DNA from: a virus
Strand: one strand, 5' to 3'
IMG/VR virus record: IMGVR_UViG_3300037235_000042
Coordinates: 34,272-98,271 of that record
Length of the DNA stretch: 64,000 nucleotides
How positions within the stretch are numbered: the first letter of the stretch is position 1; each line of letters begins with the position of its first letter. The notes under the pieces were generated by a model. It did no database searches, was not told the DNA's origin, and saw only the letters and a program-made list of their open reading frames with translations. Made by a program: the position numbers and the translations under genes. Shown piece by piece: positions 19,701-27,214 of the stretch.

Positions 19701-19964
19701 TTGCACCGTCAAACAATTACTCGCGCAAGTTGGCATCTGTGGGGCGTGCGCCCAAGGATGTCCACTGGCTTCGCTCAATCCATCATTCGAGTCGGAACCA
19801 TTAGACGCCACAAAATAACAGCTTGTCACTCCCAGACTGGCAAGCGTGACCAGCGTTCCTTGCGGGTTCGCTGGATTCGTATAGTTAGCACCAGACGGAC
19901 ATGTCCCGCCAGCTCCAAATGACGGGACTATGAATAAGAGCGGGATAAGCCAGCGGAGTTTCAT
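16713..19964 (-). CDS. secreted Cys-rich right-handed beta-helix protein with two choice-of-anchor-D-like Ig domains
   Basis: MKLRWLIPLLFIVPSFGA signal peptide; YFVASNGSDSNDG..PWAHAP, IIFRGGD.W, WDVGTYEY; two SP..L.FG...TLTN.G...C...V.F.P...G...L.GTG Ig repeats. Confidence 0.75.
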   Translation of the reverse strand: MKLRWLIPLLFIVPSFGAGGTCPSGANYTNPANPQGTLVTLASLGVTSCYFVASNGSDSNDGLSEASGHPWAHAPQMPTCASNCLTVQSATLPAGTGIIFRGGDMWHFGNNGATPYTGGTWNFSVSPYPMGTSTNPIYVGVDKSWYSGGSWVRPAFNADNSPCNGSTLGTMPDGATCFAATGTACYANGTGYASQNCNYVSACVYQISGGTDNMLNVSGLKYYIVDNIEMLGICNESQGSPNFVVQGNDTYVRYGSMCNSGCSGGVPPLALENLYIHGSSHPQFGVQNGQNCAGVYCFNNFAFQGGVNNSSVGETIVNNVVDFADSDPIGEGLCFSGFYNVAYNVFRYTTQCAPGGANGLHLFHDNLYEYFFENGHSNMIEGIPDNPTTANAIYNNVFRHVEAGITSGGGVFLWFSPPCNTGISSYGCNGSTITTDYIFNNVGYDIGNLEYLNIGGTAGSNANGPYTFFNNTWQSNYSQVIIRCSGYTAAAVNDTNEHYIDDTSTPIGTGCSTQVSTTNLCQSNTSGGTTTACPTYSDANVTPKFDQYTSSETYAYSPLASTNSTVGVGTNETGGYCAALATAGLSAAATACKSATTYACFYNTSTHVNTCPATTANTRPSSGAWDVGTYEYTASSGPGFQYSPSPVAFGLINDGSSSSPITVTITNDGTSGTLNIGTLGSPSDAEYAISSNTCNGQNLAVNATCTFVVTFSPTSAGSKPATISVPDNVGNPDTINLTGTGVATGPIVSLSPTTLVFGSQVLNVTSGGQTTTLTNTGNATLNIVSIATNNSQYVKSSTTCGSTLAATSSCTVSVTFTPNALGSQNYSLIFTTNATSSPDSVALQGTGIPIGYISGGCSTSAILTGASNTPTFSCTPARTGDAVLFAVDCHPSSGTITAITLTATGWTNSTQLIAPLGNTTGNVSALFGFIAPNTSSATFTVSFTGSGVSDCSNFGTVLGGEFQGNSTVGGTTTFAAVGSSAGASGQCSTSVSNVTAANNDSVWFACVDTALGALTPYAVGVNDTADDLSEYRLGVTPAAYTPSFDSGGSYIVMGAAIAPAGVTNSSPAAWFMAGNFLVEGDAR

Positions 19965-22900
19965 TGGAGAAGTAACGCCATTGCCGCTTGCGGGTTTGCG
20001 GTCTGATTACCCGTCCCCGTTGATGGTAACGTAATGGTTGTGCTAGACACCTGCCCTCCCGATACCGTAGCGGTCAAAAACCCTTGCGAATATGGCATTG
20101 GCGTTTGCCCATTTTGATAACCGATTGCATATTTTATTGTGGTTCCTGCGCTAACCAACATCAAAATCGCATTGCCTCCCGGCCAATTTACAGTACCTTG
20201 GGAGCACGCAGAGTTCGTCGCGCTCGTCCAGCCAGTGGAGGCCTCGACTGCCGCCGTAGTGCTGCACCACACCTTACCCGCAGTATCAGCCAGTCCCCAC
20301 GAAGACGGGTTTGTTCCATCGGCAGTTGATATGTAAATCGTCATATGGGTAAAAGTGGTTGCCGGAATGTAAACTGTGCCGAACTCAACCGTGTTACCAG
20401 AGCTGGTAAAAATCTGAGTATCGCAACCGCCGCCGCAGCCTGCTGAATTGAGCCAGAAAGACAACTGATTTGCGCCTATTGCTGGCCCCCGTCCGTGAAC
20501 GTAGTTGCTTCCGTTGGAGCAAATCTCTACGCTTGTTCCCGGCGTGATCGGGAATCCCGTATAAGCCGTACCGTCCAGCGTTAGGCTATTTGTACTCAAG
20601 AGTAAATTGTAGGGAGCTGACGCCAGCGAGTTACTCACGATTTCACAGGGCATGTTGCCGCTAACGAGAGCAGGAGCGCTGGCGAGCAGGGTATGCGTCA
20701 CCGCAGTTGATGAGGAAATTGTGTAGATGATTTCCGTCTCTGGCGTCGTCGCGTTGGAAAAATCTCCTGAAACTGTGGAGTAGTTCGCCGTCTTGGTGAG
20801 AGGTGTGATGGTTGCAGGAGCACCCGAACCACCGCCGCTTCCTCCACCTGAAGGGGTTCCAATAAACATCAACTGATCGGTAATTGTGTTTGAAGTGCTG
20901 GCGCTACTAAACGTCGCAAACGTGTCGAGAAACAACGCTGCCGTAAGGTCGATATTACTGGATGTCGCTGTGTTCGCGTCAGAGTAAGTAGTAGTGACGA
21001 CACTGCCTGAGGTAAGATCAATGGCCGCTACTCCGTGGCAGATTAAGTTGCCGGTTGAGCCAGTGGTCTTTGTACCGCACTTTAGGTTGGCGTTAAATTG
21101 ATTGTTAGCTCCGGTCACAGTAGTCGCGCTTGCCAACGCTGCTAGAGTTACGACGGTTCCTGAGCCGCAGCCCGAGACGGTACAAAGCTTGAACGTCAAC
21201 GTAAGCGAAGGCGTTGATGTCGTGCTAAATATCCCTGAGCTATGGATAAGCGTTGGAAAGCTGGCCGAATTTAAGTATCCCGCTGTAAGAGATAGTTCTT
21301 GAAGCTGCTGGGCAGTCGTAACGCTATTATTCGCTGTGACTGGCGTAGTGTTCGATACTGCTAAGGAATTCAAACATCCAGTCGTACTTACGCCTCCATT
21401 TGCTGTTGCACAAACTGGCGTTCCAACTGTTGTGCTGATTGTCGCAGCCGAAGCAAGTCCGGTATCGGTTCCTACAATAGCTTCCGAGGAGGTAACCGTG
21501 CTCGCAGTCGCTGCTATAGCAACCTGCCCAGCGGTCATGCCAGACAGACTTCCGCTAATCGTATTACAGCCCCAGGCGTGTGTTGTCGTGTTATACGTCA
21601 GGGCGCTCGTTCCAGCCGAGCAACTTGGAATCGCAACGTCCGTTGGGGCTGCCGTGCTGCCTGTTTCGTTCTGATAAATAGAGTCGGCGGCTAAGGTTGG
21701 AAGCTGGGCTAGTGTTGCATTTCCGGTGAGTCCGGTAAATGGAACGCCAGTGAAGTTGGTCCCTGTCAGTGTCGGTGCCGTGTTGCAGGAGAATCCTGTC
21801 GTGGTTGAGAATTGCATGACCCCGGTGCAGGCCGGGAATGCTGCAAAGGTCGGGAAGTAAATCCGGTCCCAGTTAGTCGCTGCATCGGAGTATACGAAGC
21901 TGGCGAAGTTGTTGAGGATCGTGCAAGTGGAAGCGCCGTCGCACAGATCGGAATGGCCTGCGTTTGGGGTGATTGTCATGGTCGCGCCTTCGGTATTTCT
22001 CAGAGCGAAACCGTCGTTATTGGTGAATCCCGATGAGGCCAGAGATGGCAGAGCTAAAGCCGTACCCGTCGTCCAATTCAGGAAGTTAAAGCGATCAGTC
22101 GTTAGCAGTGTGACCGGATTCGTCGCATCAATCGGCACGCCCGCTAATTGCCACACTTCCGCTGCTGCGGCTCCTGCTGATGGAGTATTCGTTAGGAATT
22201 GCGGAACACTATTGGGTGCGGTCGGCCCTGCTAATCTTGCCGCTGCTGGCGTGGCATTCTCGTAAATGATGTCTCCGAGCGTGGTCATGGGATTCGCAAA
22301 ACCGCTTGTCTGCGCCACGCAATCGCTGGCTTGTGGCGTGAATACGTAAGTGGCTGTGTTGCATCCGGTTAGCCCTTGAATCAAAGTAGCGGCCTGGCCT
22401 GCCGTGGCTGCCGTGTCTGCCGCGCTCGCAGTGCCATACCTAAATCCAGTGATGCTGGTCGTTGAGATTGCGCCTGCGCTGGTGATCGCTAGCGGGAGTG
22501 TCGCACTTAGGCCCGCACTGCCCACATCGGCAATCGGAATAAGGTTCGTACATGTGCTGCTTAAATTCTTGCTAGCATCGGTGCAGATGGGAAGTGAGGC
22601 TGTCAGGCTACTGTCGTTGAATAGCGGTGCAGTTACTGAAGTCCCGGCAGTGGCTGCACCCCCGATGCTGAAGGCGTGCGTGACTAAATTGTCTACAAAG
22701 AAATTGGCAGCACCATTGGCGGTATAGGTCGCCGCTGGTCCGTTGTACGACCATGCGGCAGTTCCATATAAGCGATTGCCCACATCGTAAACGTCATCTA
22801 CGATGGCGAACGTTCCAGCATCATGTTCCGATGCCATCATGTTAACGGTAAGCGCAGTCAGAACATTGCTGCTTCCGCCGATAACGTCGATTCCATACTG

Positions 22901-24328
22901 GGTCTGCTCATAATTTAACTGCCCAATGTTCATCCCCGGCGAAATTCCGCTTCCTGTGGGATTATTGATCACGACACAAACTTCATCGTAACCACAAATA
23001 AGGTGTTGCACGGCAGCGTGTTCAACTAACGTCAAAGCGGTAGTAAAGCCATCAGCCCGCAATGTTCCAATGTCGATCAGGTCGGGATTCCCGGCACCGG
23101 GAGCGATCACACATACACCGCCTGCGGTCGGAACTGCCACGGGGACGCTGCCCACATCGCAACTATTGAATCCCGGCATCGAGAGTTGGCCAATGGCTAC
23201 TGCGTTGATCGCGCTGTAAAGTGGATTAACCGTCCTACGAAATGCGATTCCATTGACGATCAACTTGACGGCAGTGTACCCACTGTTTCCGCCCGTGGAT
23301 GATCCAGCGCCCGCGATTAGATCGCAACCCGTGCTAGCGGTTTGAATCACCGTGCCGCCTTGGGCTGCCCCGTTATCTAAATTTAGCGCGGGCGTGAGGC
23401 CTTCGATGTCTACAACTGCGAATGGGGTATCGACGAAAGTTGCGGTGTTGATCGTCGGAACCAGAATCATCGAGGTTGCGGCATTGGAGGTCTGACAAGC
23501 GGTGTTTACGTTGAATACCCCAGAGGGTAGAAGAATCTTTGCTTCGGTCGATGTCGTAGCCGTGTTAACTGCTGCTTGCAGTGCAGCACCATCATCGTGA
23601 TAAACACCTTTGCCTGCAGTGGTTGGCGCAGAACTGCAAGCCGGGGAGATCGTCAGATTCCCTGTCGCGACCGCTGTGATCTTGCTCACGCAATCACTCG
23701 TACTCGACCCCGGACAGTGTTGTGTTCCGGTTGCGCCTGCACCGACGATACACACTCCCTGATTTACTGCAAAGTCAGTGATCGAGGCGACATTAATCGA
23801 AGTTGTGGTGCTGGCTGTACCAGAAATAGTAGTGCTAAGATTCGCGCCGGACGAAACGACGAGCGCTGACGATGGAATGGAAACAGTTGGATTGATCGGA
23901 CCTGAAACTAGGTTCTGCGCCGAAATTGCCGAGATACTAGAAATTGTTCCGGTTCCGCTGGTTGCCAGCGAGGCCCCGCTTCCCACCACCATTGCTGCTG
24001 ATGTATTCGTAGCTGAGGTAATCGCACTGAAGGCAGGGGCCGATGCCGACGATCCGGCAAAGGCCCACGCCGATCCAGTATAGATACAGGCTACAGCGTT
24101 CGTCCCGCTACCGGTCGTACAGTCACTGGTTGTAGATCCGTCAGAGACCGTGGCGAAGAAGCCACGGGATTTTCCGGTGGGTAGAGTAGCCACAGTGTAG
24201 ATAGTAAGTCCGCCACCCCCACCGCCCGGACCTCCACCACCGCCTTGTTGAGCGAACACGGGGATAGCCAGTAGGAATAGGCTTAGACAGAGGTTAAGTT
24301 TCCTGCTACACAATTGCGAACGAGACAT
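19961..24328 (-). CDS. mosaic tail fibre/tailspike protein (pectate-lyase-like beta-helix) with signal peptide, ~1455 aa
   Basis: likely start at ATG 24328 (MSRSQLCSRKLNLCLSLFLLAIPVFA|QQ); YTVATLPT..TVSDG module; DDGAALQAAVN..ILLPSGVF helix cap; NPMTTLGDIIY..AARLA fibre motif. Confidence 0.7.
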   Translation of the reverse strand: MSRSQLCSRKLNLCLSLFLLAIPVFAQQGGGGGPGGGGGGLTIYTVATLPTGKSRGFFATVSDGSTTSDCTTGSGTNAVACIYTGSAWAFAGSSASAPAFSAITSATNTSAAMVVGSGASLATSGTGTISSISAISAQNLVSGPINPTVSIPSSALVVSSGANLSTTISGTASTTTSINVASITDFAVNQGVCIVGAGATGTQHCPGSSTSDCVSKITAVATGNLTISPACSSAPTTAGKGVYHDDGAALQAAVNTATTSTEAKILLPSGVFNVNTACQTSNAATSMILVPTINTATFVDTPFAVVDIEGLTPALNLDNGAAQGGTVIQTASTGCDLIAGAGSSTGGNSGYTAVKLIVNGIAFRRTVNPLYSAINAVAIGQLSMPGFNSCDVGSVPVAVPTAGGVCVIAPGAGNPDLIDIGTLRADGFTTALTLVEHAAVQHLICGYDEVCVVINNPTGSGISPGMNIGQLNYEQTQYGIDVIGGSSNVLTALTVNMMASEHDAGTFAIVDDVYDVGNRLYGTAAWSYNGPAATYTANGAANFFVDNLVTHAFSIGGAATAGTSVTAPLFNDSSLTASLPICTDASKNLSSTCTNLIPIADVGSAGLSATLPLAITSAGAISTTSITGFRYGTASAADTAATAGQAATLIQGLTGCNTATYVFTPQASDCVAQTSGFANPMTTLGDIIYENATPAAARLAGPTAPNSVPQFLTNTPSAGAAAAEVWQLAGVPIDATNPVTLLTTDRFNFLNWTTGTALALPSLASSGFTNNDGFALRNTEGATMTITPNAGHSDLCDGASTCTILNNFASFVYSDAATNWDRIYFPTFAAFPACTGVMQFSTTTGFSCNTAPTLTGTNFTGVPFTGLTGNATLAQLPTLAADSIYQNETGSTAAPTDVAIPSCSAGTSALTYNTTTHAWGCNTISGSLSGMTAGQVAIAATASTVTSSEAIVGTDTGLASAATISTTVGTPVCATANGGVSTTGCLNSLAVSNTTPVTANNSVTTAQQLQELSLTAGYLNSASFPTLIHSSGIFSTTSTPSLTLTFKLCTVSGCGSGTVVTLAALASATTVTGANNQFNANLKCGTKTTGSTGNLICHGVAAIDLTSGSVVTTTYSDANTATSSNIDLTAALFLDTFATFSSASTSNTITDQLMFIGTPSGGGSGGGSGAPATITPLTKTANYSTVSGDFSNATTPETEIIYTISSSTAVTHTLLASAPALVSGNMPCEIVSNSLASAPYNLLLSTNSLTLDGTAYTGFPITPGTSVEICSNGSNYVHGRGPAIGANQLSFWLNSAGCGGGCDTQIFTSSGNTVEFGTVYIPATTFTHMTIYISTADGTNPSSWGLADTAGKVWCSTTAAVEASTGWTSATNSACSQGTVNWPGGNAILMLVSAGTTIKYAIGYQNGQTPMPYSQGFLTATVSGGQVSSTTITLPSTGTGNQTANPQAAMALLLQ

Positions 24329-24950
24329 TATATTGGTCTCCACTTGTGCCCAGCACGAACAGCTCAGACATCGCGAATGGGTTGCCGAAAAAGTTTTCAG
24401 TCGCGGAATAGTAATAGGGATTAGCCAGAGAAGCGACCTTCGGCAGTTTGAAAATCCGGCGGAACGTGGCGGACATGTTATAAGAGTTTCCAATATAGAG
24501 GAAATTCCCAGTCCCGCCGTCTTCGAGGGTTACCAGAAGATTGTTCGCGGTCGTGTTAGGGATGATGAAGGAGCCCGTGCCAAACGCTCCGGAGACGTGG
24601 GAGTTTTCAGTCACGACGCCTGGGCCGCCACCGACACCGGTTTTCTTATAGCCTAAGGTAACGGTGTTAACAGTGGTCCCGCCAATACTTGTGATTAGGA
24701 CGTCTTCTGCGTTCCCTCCGGCAGGATCGACAATGAGCGCGTTCATTCCAGCGATGGACTGACCAGCAGGACCGCCGAAGATGGAAGTAGCATCACACAC
24801 GCTGCCAGTGGTTACAGTGGCCGTTCCTAAAGTAAGGGTGATCGGAGCCTTGGAAGGAGCGCCGATCCCAGCAGTGATCCACGAACCGACTAAGGGCTGA
24901 GCGACGGTTGACGATGCCAGCGTAAAAACTGCAAACGAGCGGAATGCCAT
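24306..24950 (-). CDS. virion structural protein (beta-rich)
   Basis: Thr/Gly-rich, LIVDPAGGNAEDVLITSI module also seen in adaptor/nozzle inserts; AGGAGAG SD. Confidence 0.55.
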   Translation of the reverse strand: MAFRSFAVFTLASSTVAQPLVGSWITAGIGAPSKAPITLTLGTATVTTGSVCDATSIFGGPAGQSIAGMNALIVDPAGGNAEDVLITSIGGTTVNTVTLGYKKTGVGGGPGVVTENSHVSGAFGTGSFIIPNTTANNLLVTLEDGGTGNFLYIGNSYNMSATFRRIFKLPKVASLANPYYYSATENFFGNPFAMSELFVLGTSGDQYNVSFAIV

Positions 24951-25333
24951 TAGCTCTCCTCTTGGTCGTTTCGGTTCTGTTTCCCGGTGAAAGCTGGATG
25001 TTTCAACGTGTTATTCCCACTACCCCAGCCATAACCTCCGACCTCAGGGCTGTACTTAGCAGCATCGTGCATTCGTTCTGGTGAAGCTCGACGGCGGGTG
25101 ACGGTGACGTTACACGGGGAGGACAGCATGCCTGGGTAATTACGCTGCCGTCCCTTTGGCTGACGGGATGGAGTACAGTCGATGTGAGTTTCCATGGGCA
25201 TGGTGGAATCGCCGACGACTGAAGTTACGGAACGGGAATTGACGGAGAGAGGATGCTTGCCGGAATCGCCTTCGACGTCGCGGCGGTAACCACGAACGCG
25301 GTCGGATTCAGGAGTGCGGACTGGTTTAACCAT
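24950..25333 (-). CDS. basic, probably disordered hypothetical protein
   Basis: AAGGAG SD, TAATG coupling. Confidence 0.55.
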   Translation of the reverse strand: MVKPVRTPESDRVRGYRRDVEGDSGKHPLSVNSRSVTSVVGDSTMPMETHIDCTPSRQPKGRQRNYPGMLSSPCNVTVTRRRASPERMHDAAKYSPEVGGYGWGSGNNTLKHPAFTGKQNRNDQEES

Positions 25334-25346
25334 TGTTCAAGTCTCC

Positions 25347-25820
25347 TTAAGCGACCAGTAATTTATCCTTGGTCGTCGGTCCTACGTTAACGCCGACCAT
25401 GTCGTCTCGCTGCTCAGGTGGCGTCCATTTCCACTTATAATCGTGTCTGATGTCTCCTGCCCAGTTCTCATGCTGCGGCGGCGTATCGAGAGCTTCCTGA
25501 GTCAAACAATGAGAAGCATGATGGACGAAGCCAAACTTCTTCTCAGCGGCTCTCAACTCCCGTTCGGAGTTAACCTTGACCGGCTTGTTGTTCTCGTCGC
25601 GGACGTGTTGCAGGGTGAGATTCTCGAATGGATTGTGGGCCGGGCCACGTTTCATGGCGAATCTCGTCGGAGCCATTCGAGTGTGAACTCGGGAGATTAG
25701 ACGTTCGAGGTTCTTCGAGTCACACTTCGGACAAGCGACCATGGCTTCGTGGGCCTTGGTCAGGATCAAGGCTTCGAACTCGATATGACAGTCTAAACAA
25801 CGTTCGTCGAATATGGGCAT
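25347..25820 (-). CDS. FmdB-family zinc-ribbon protein
   Basis: MPIFDERCLDC.IEFE...CPKCDS..LERLIS signature. Confidence 0.75.
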   Translation of the reverse strand: MPIFDERCLDCHIEFEALILTKAHEAMVACPKCDSKNLERLISRVHTRMAPTRFAMKRGPAHNPFENLTLQHVRDENNKPVKVNSERELRAAEKKFGFVHHASHCLTQEALDTPPQHENWAGDIRHDYKWKWTPPEQRDDMVGVNVGPTTKDKLLVA

Positions 25821-25823
25821 TGG

Positions 25824-26042
25824 TTAAGCGACTCGCTTTTGTTCCTGTTCCTGTTCACGTTCCTCAACCCAGGACCGTTTGATCTCCAAGAGAACCTTGT
25901 GTGTCCAACCTTCCGCTCGGCGGATATTCCGTTCTGCTAAACTCAACCAAGGCTCTCGCAGCATCCGTCTCCATTCCTGAACTGATCGATTCCGTAACTG
26001 CATAAGGAACCAATAAGCCAAGGCTTGGTCGGAGATCGACAT
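25824..26042 (-). CDS. hypothetical protein
   Basis: 72-aa ORF filling operon gap. Confidence 0.45.
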   Translation of the reverse strand: MSISDQALAYWFLMQLRNRSVQEWRRMLREPWLSLAERNIRRAEGWTHKVLLEIKRSWVEEREQEQEQKRVA

Positions 26043-26110
26043 CTTGAGATAGAACTCGGAGATATGGTATTCGAGGCTTAGGGGAGGGAACTAGGAGAAG
26101 TGAAAATTTG

Positions 26111-27118
26111 TTACCAGTCGCCGTCGCTGTTGGTCGACGATCCGACCGGGTGTAACACGTCGTAGAACGCATCGCCGGGATCGACCATGGGCATCTGCTC
26201 CCAACGCTGGACGACGTCCTGACGGTAGAGTTGTTCGTCGGCCTGTTCCATGGCCATTAGCTCCCCGGCGAACTCCTGCATTTTGGTCCGGGAGACCGCT
26301 AAGGCAGTCGCAGGGTCGTAGTAGGAATTCTCCTTCGGGCGATAGAGCAGGCAGTCAGCGATAGCGCGAGCCACGAGAACGTCCGAACGCATGAACGCTG
26401 GAAGCACGTCGGAGTCGTTCACGAGGTTCGGCGGCTGGGTATAGGCGAGATAAGGAAAAGTCTGCTGAATCATCGACGCCGGGTAGAGTTCGAACTGGAA
26501 GTTTCCGTTCGGATCCGGAGGCATCGAGGCCAGACCCCAAGGATACAATATCTGCAGCCGCGAGGGGTCTCGGGCGTTCAAGGTCGCCTGATTCAAGTTG
26601 ACCCACATCCGGCGTTGAAGCTGGAGGTTGATGCATTCGATGATGAACTTTATGTTCGGGATCGAGTAGTATTGCTGGACGATGAAGTAGCCGGTTGAGG
26701 ACTGGGAAGGCGAGCCCCACGGGAGTTCGAGGGTTAGGGTGGTGGAATTGGGAACCGCGATGATGTTGTAGATCGGGTTTATGTAGCCGACGCGAAGGGA
26801 CAGTCCGACTAGGGAAGAGGTGAAGTTCGTGCCCGTGCCAGTGACAGTAGCGGAACCGTTGGTGACTGCGATGGTTCCGGTTGAGTAGTAGGCTGGAGAA
26901 ATTATCTGGCCCTTTCGTAATGTCCCTACCCATAATCTTTTATCTATGACTGAACGCAAAGCGTTATTTAGAAAAGTTTGCACCATGCTAACGCTACAAG
27001 AGGGGTTCCAAGAAAGACATTCTCCAATCATTTGTCCGAAACTCTGTTGAGCAACATACGGCTGATTGCCGTTCGGGCCGATCTGATTCGGTATGGCTTG
27101 AGGTGGAATGATCGGCAT
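26111..27118 (-). CDS. head-tail adaptor protein with inserted beta domain
   Basis: FGQMIGE...FLNNALRSV N-helices; TGTIAVTNGSATVTGTGTNFT insert; FELYPA, LPAFMRSDVLVARAIA. Confidence 0.65.
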   Translation of the reverse strand: MPIIPPQAIPNQIGPNGNQPYVAQQSFGQMIGECLSWNPSCSVSMVQTFLNNALRSVIDKRLWVGTLRKGQIISPAYYSTGTIAVTNGSATVTGTGTNFTSSLVGLSLRVGYINPIYNIIAVPNSTTLTLELPWGSPSQSSTGYFIVQQYYSIPNIKFIIECINLQLQRRMWVNLNQATLNARDPSRLQILYPWGLASMPPDPNGNFQFELYPASMIQQTFPYLAYTQPPNLVNDSDVLPAFMRSDVLVARAIADCLLYRPKENSYYDPATALAVSRTKMQEFAGELMAMEQADEQLYRQDVVQRWEQMPMVDPGDAFYDVLHPVGSSTNSDGDW

Positions 27119-27120
27119 AT

Positions 27121-27164
27121 AAAAACCTAATGGGCCTCAGCTCCCTTCGAAGCTTTGGCCCATT
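27121..27164 (-). terminator. intrinsic terminator after capsid/decoration genes
   Basis: AATGGGCC...GGCCCATT stem (27129-27136/27157-27164) followed on the minus strand by AGGTTTTT. Confidence 0.55.
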
Positions 27165-27214
27165 CTACGCCTTCTCGGGGAAGAGAAGAACGATTAAACT
27201 TCTTCGACCTCAAC

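Noticed and set aside
14238-24328. Diversity-generating retroelement or invertible fibre cassette
   Set aside because: No reverse transcriptase, recombinase or TR/VR-like duplicate seen in the window
24329-24493. ORF-track start of the 1510-aa protein
   Set aside because: It overlaps the 214-aa gene by ~190 nt; ATG 24328 gives a clean signal peptide
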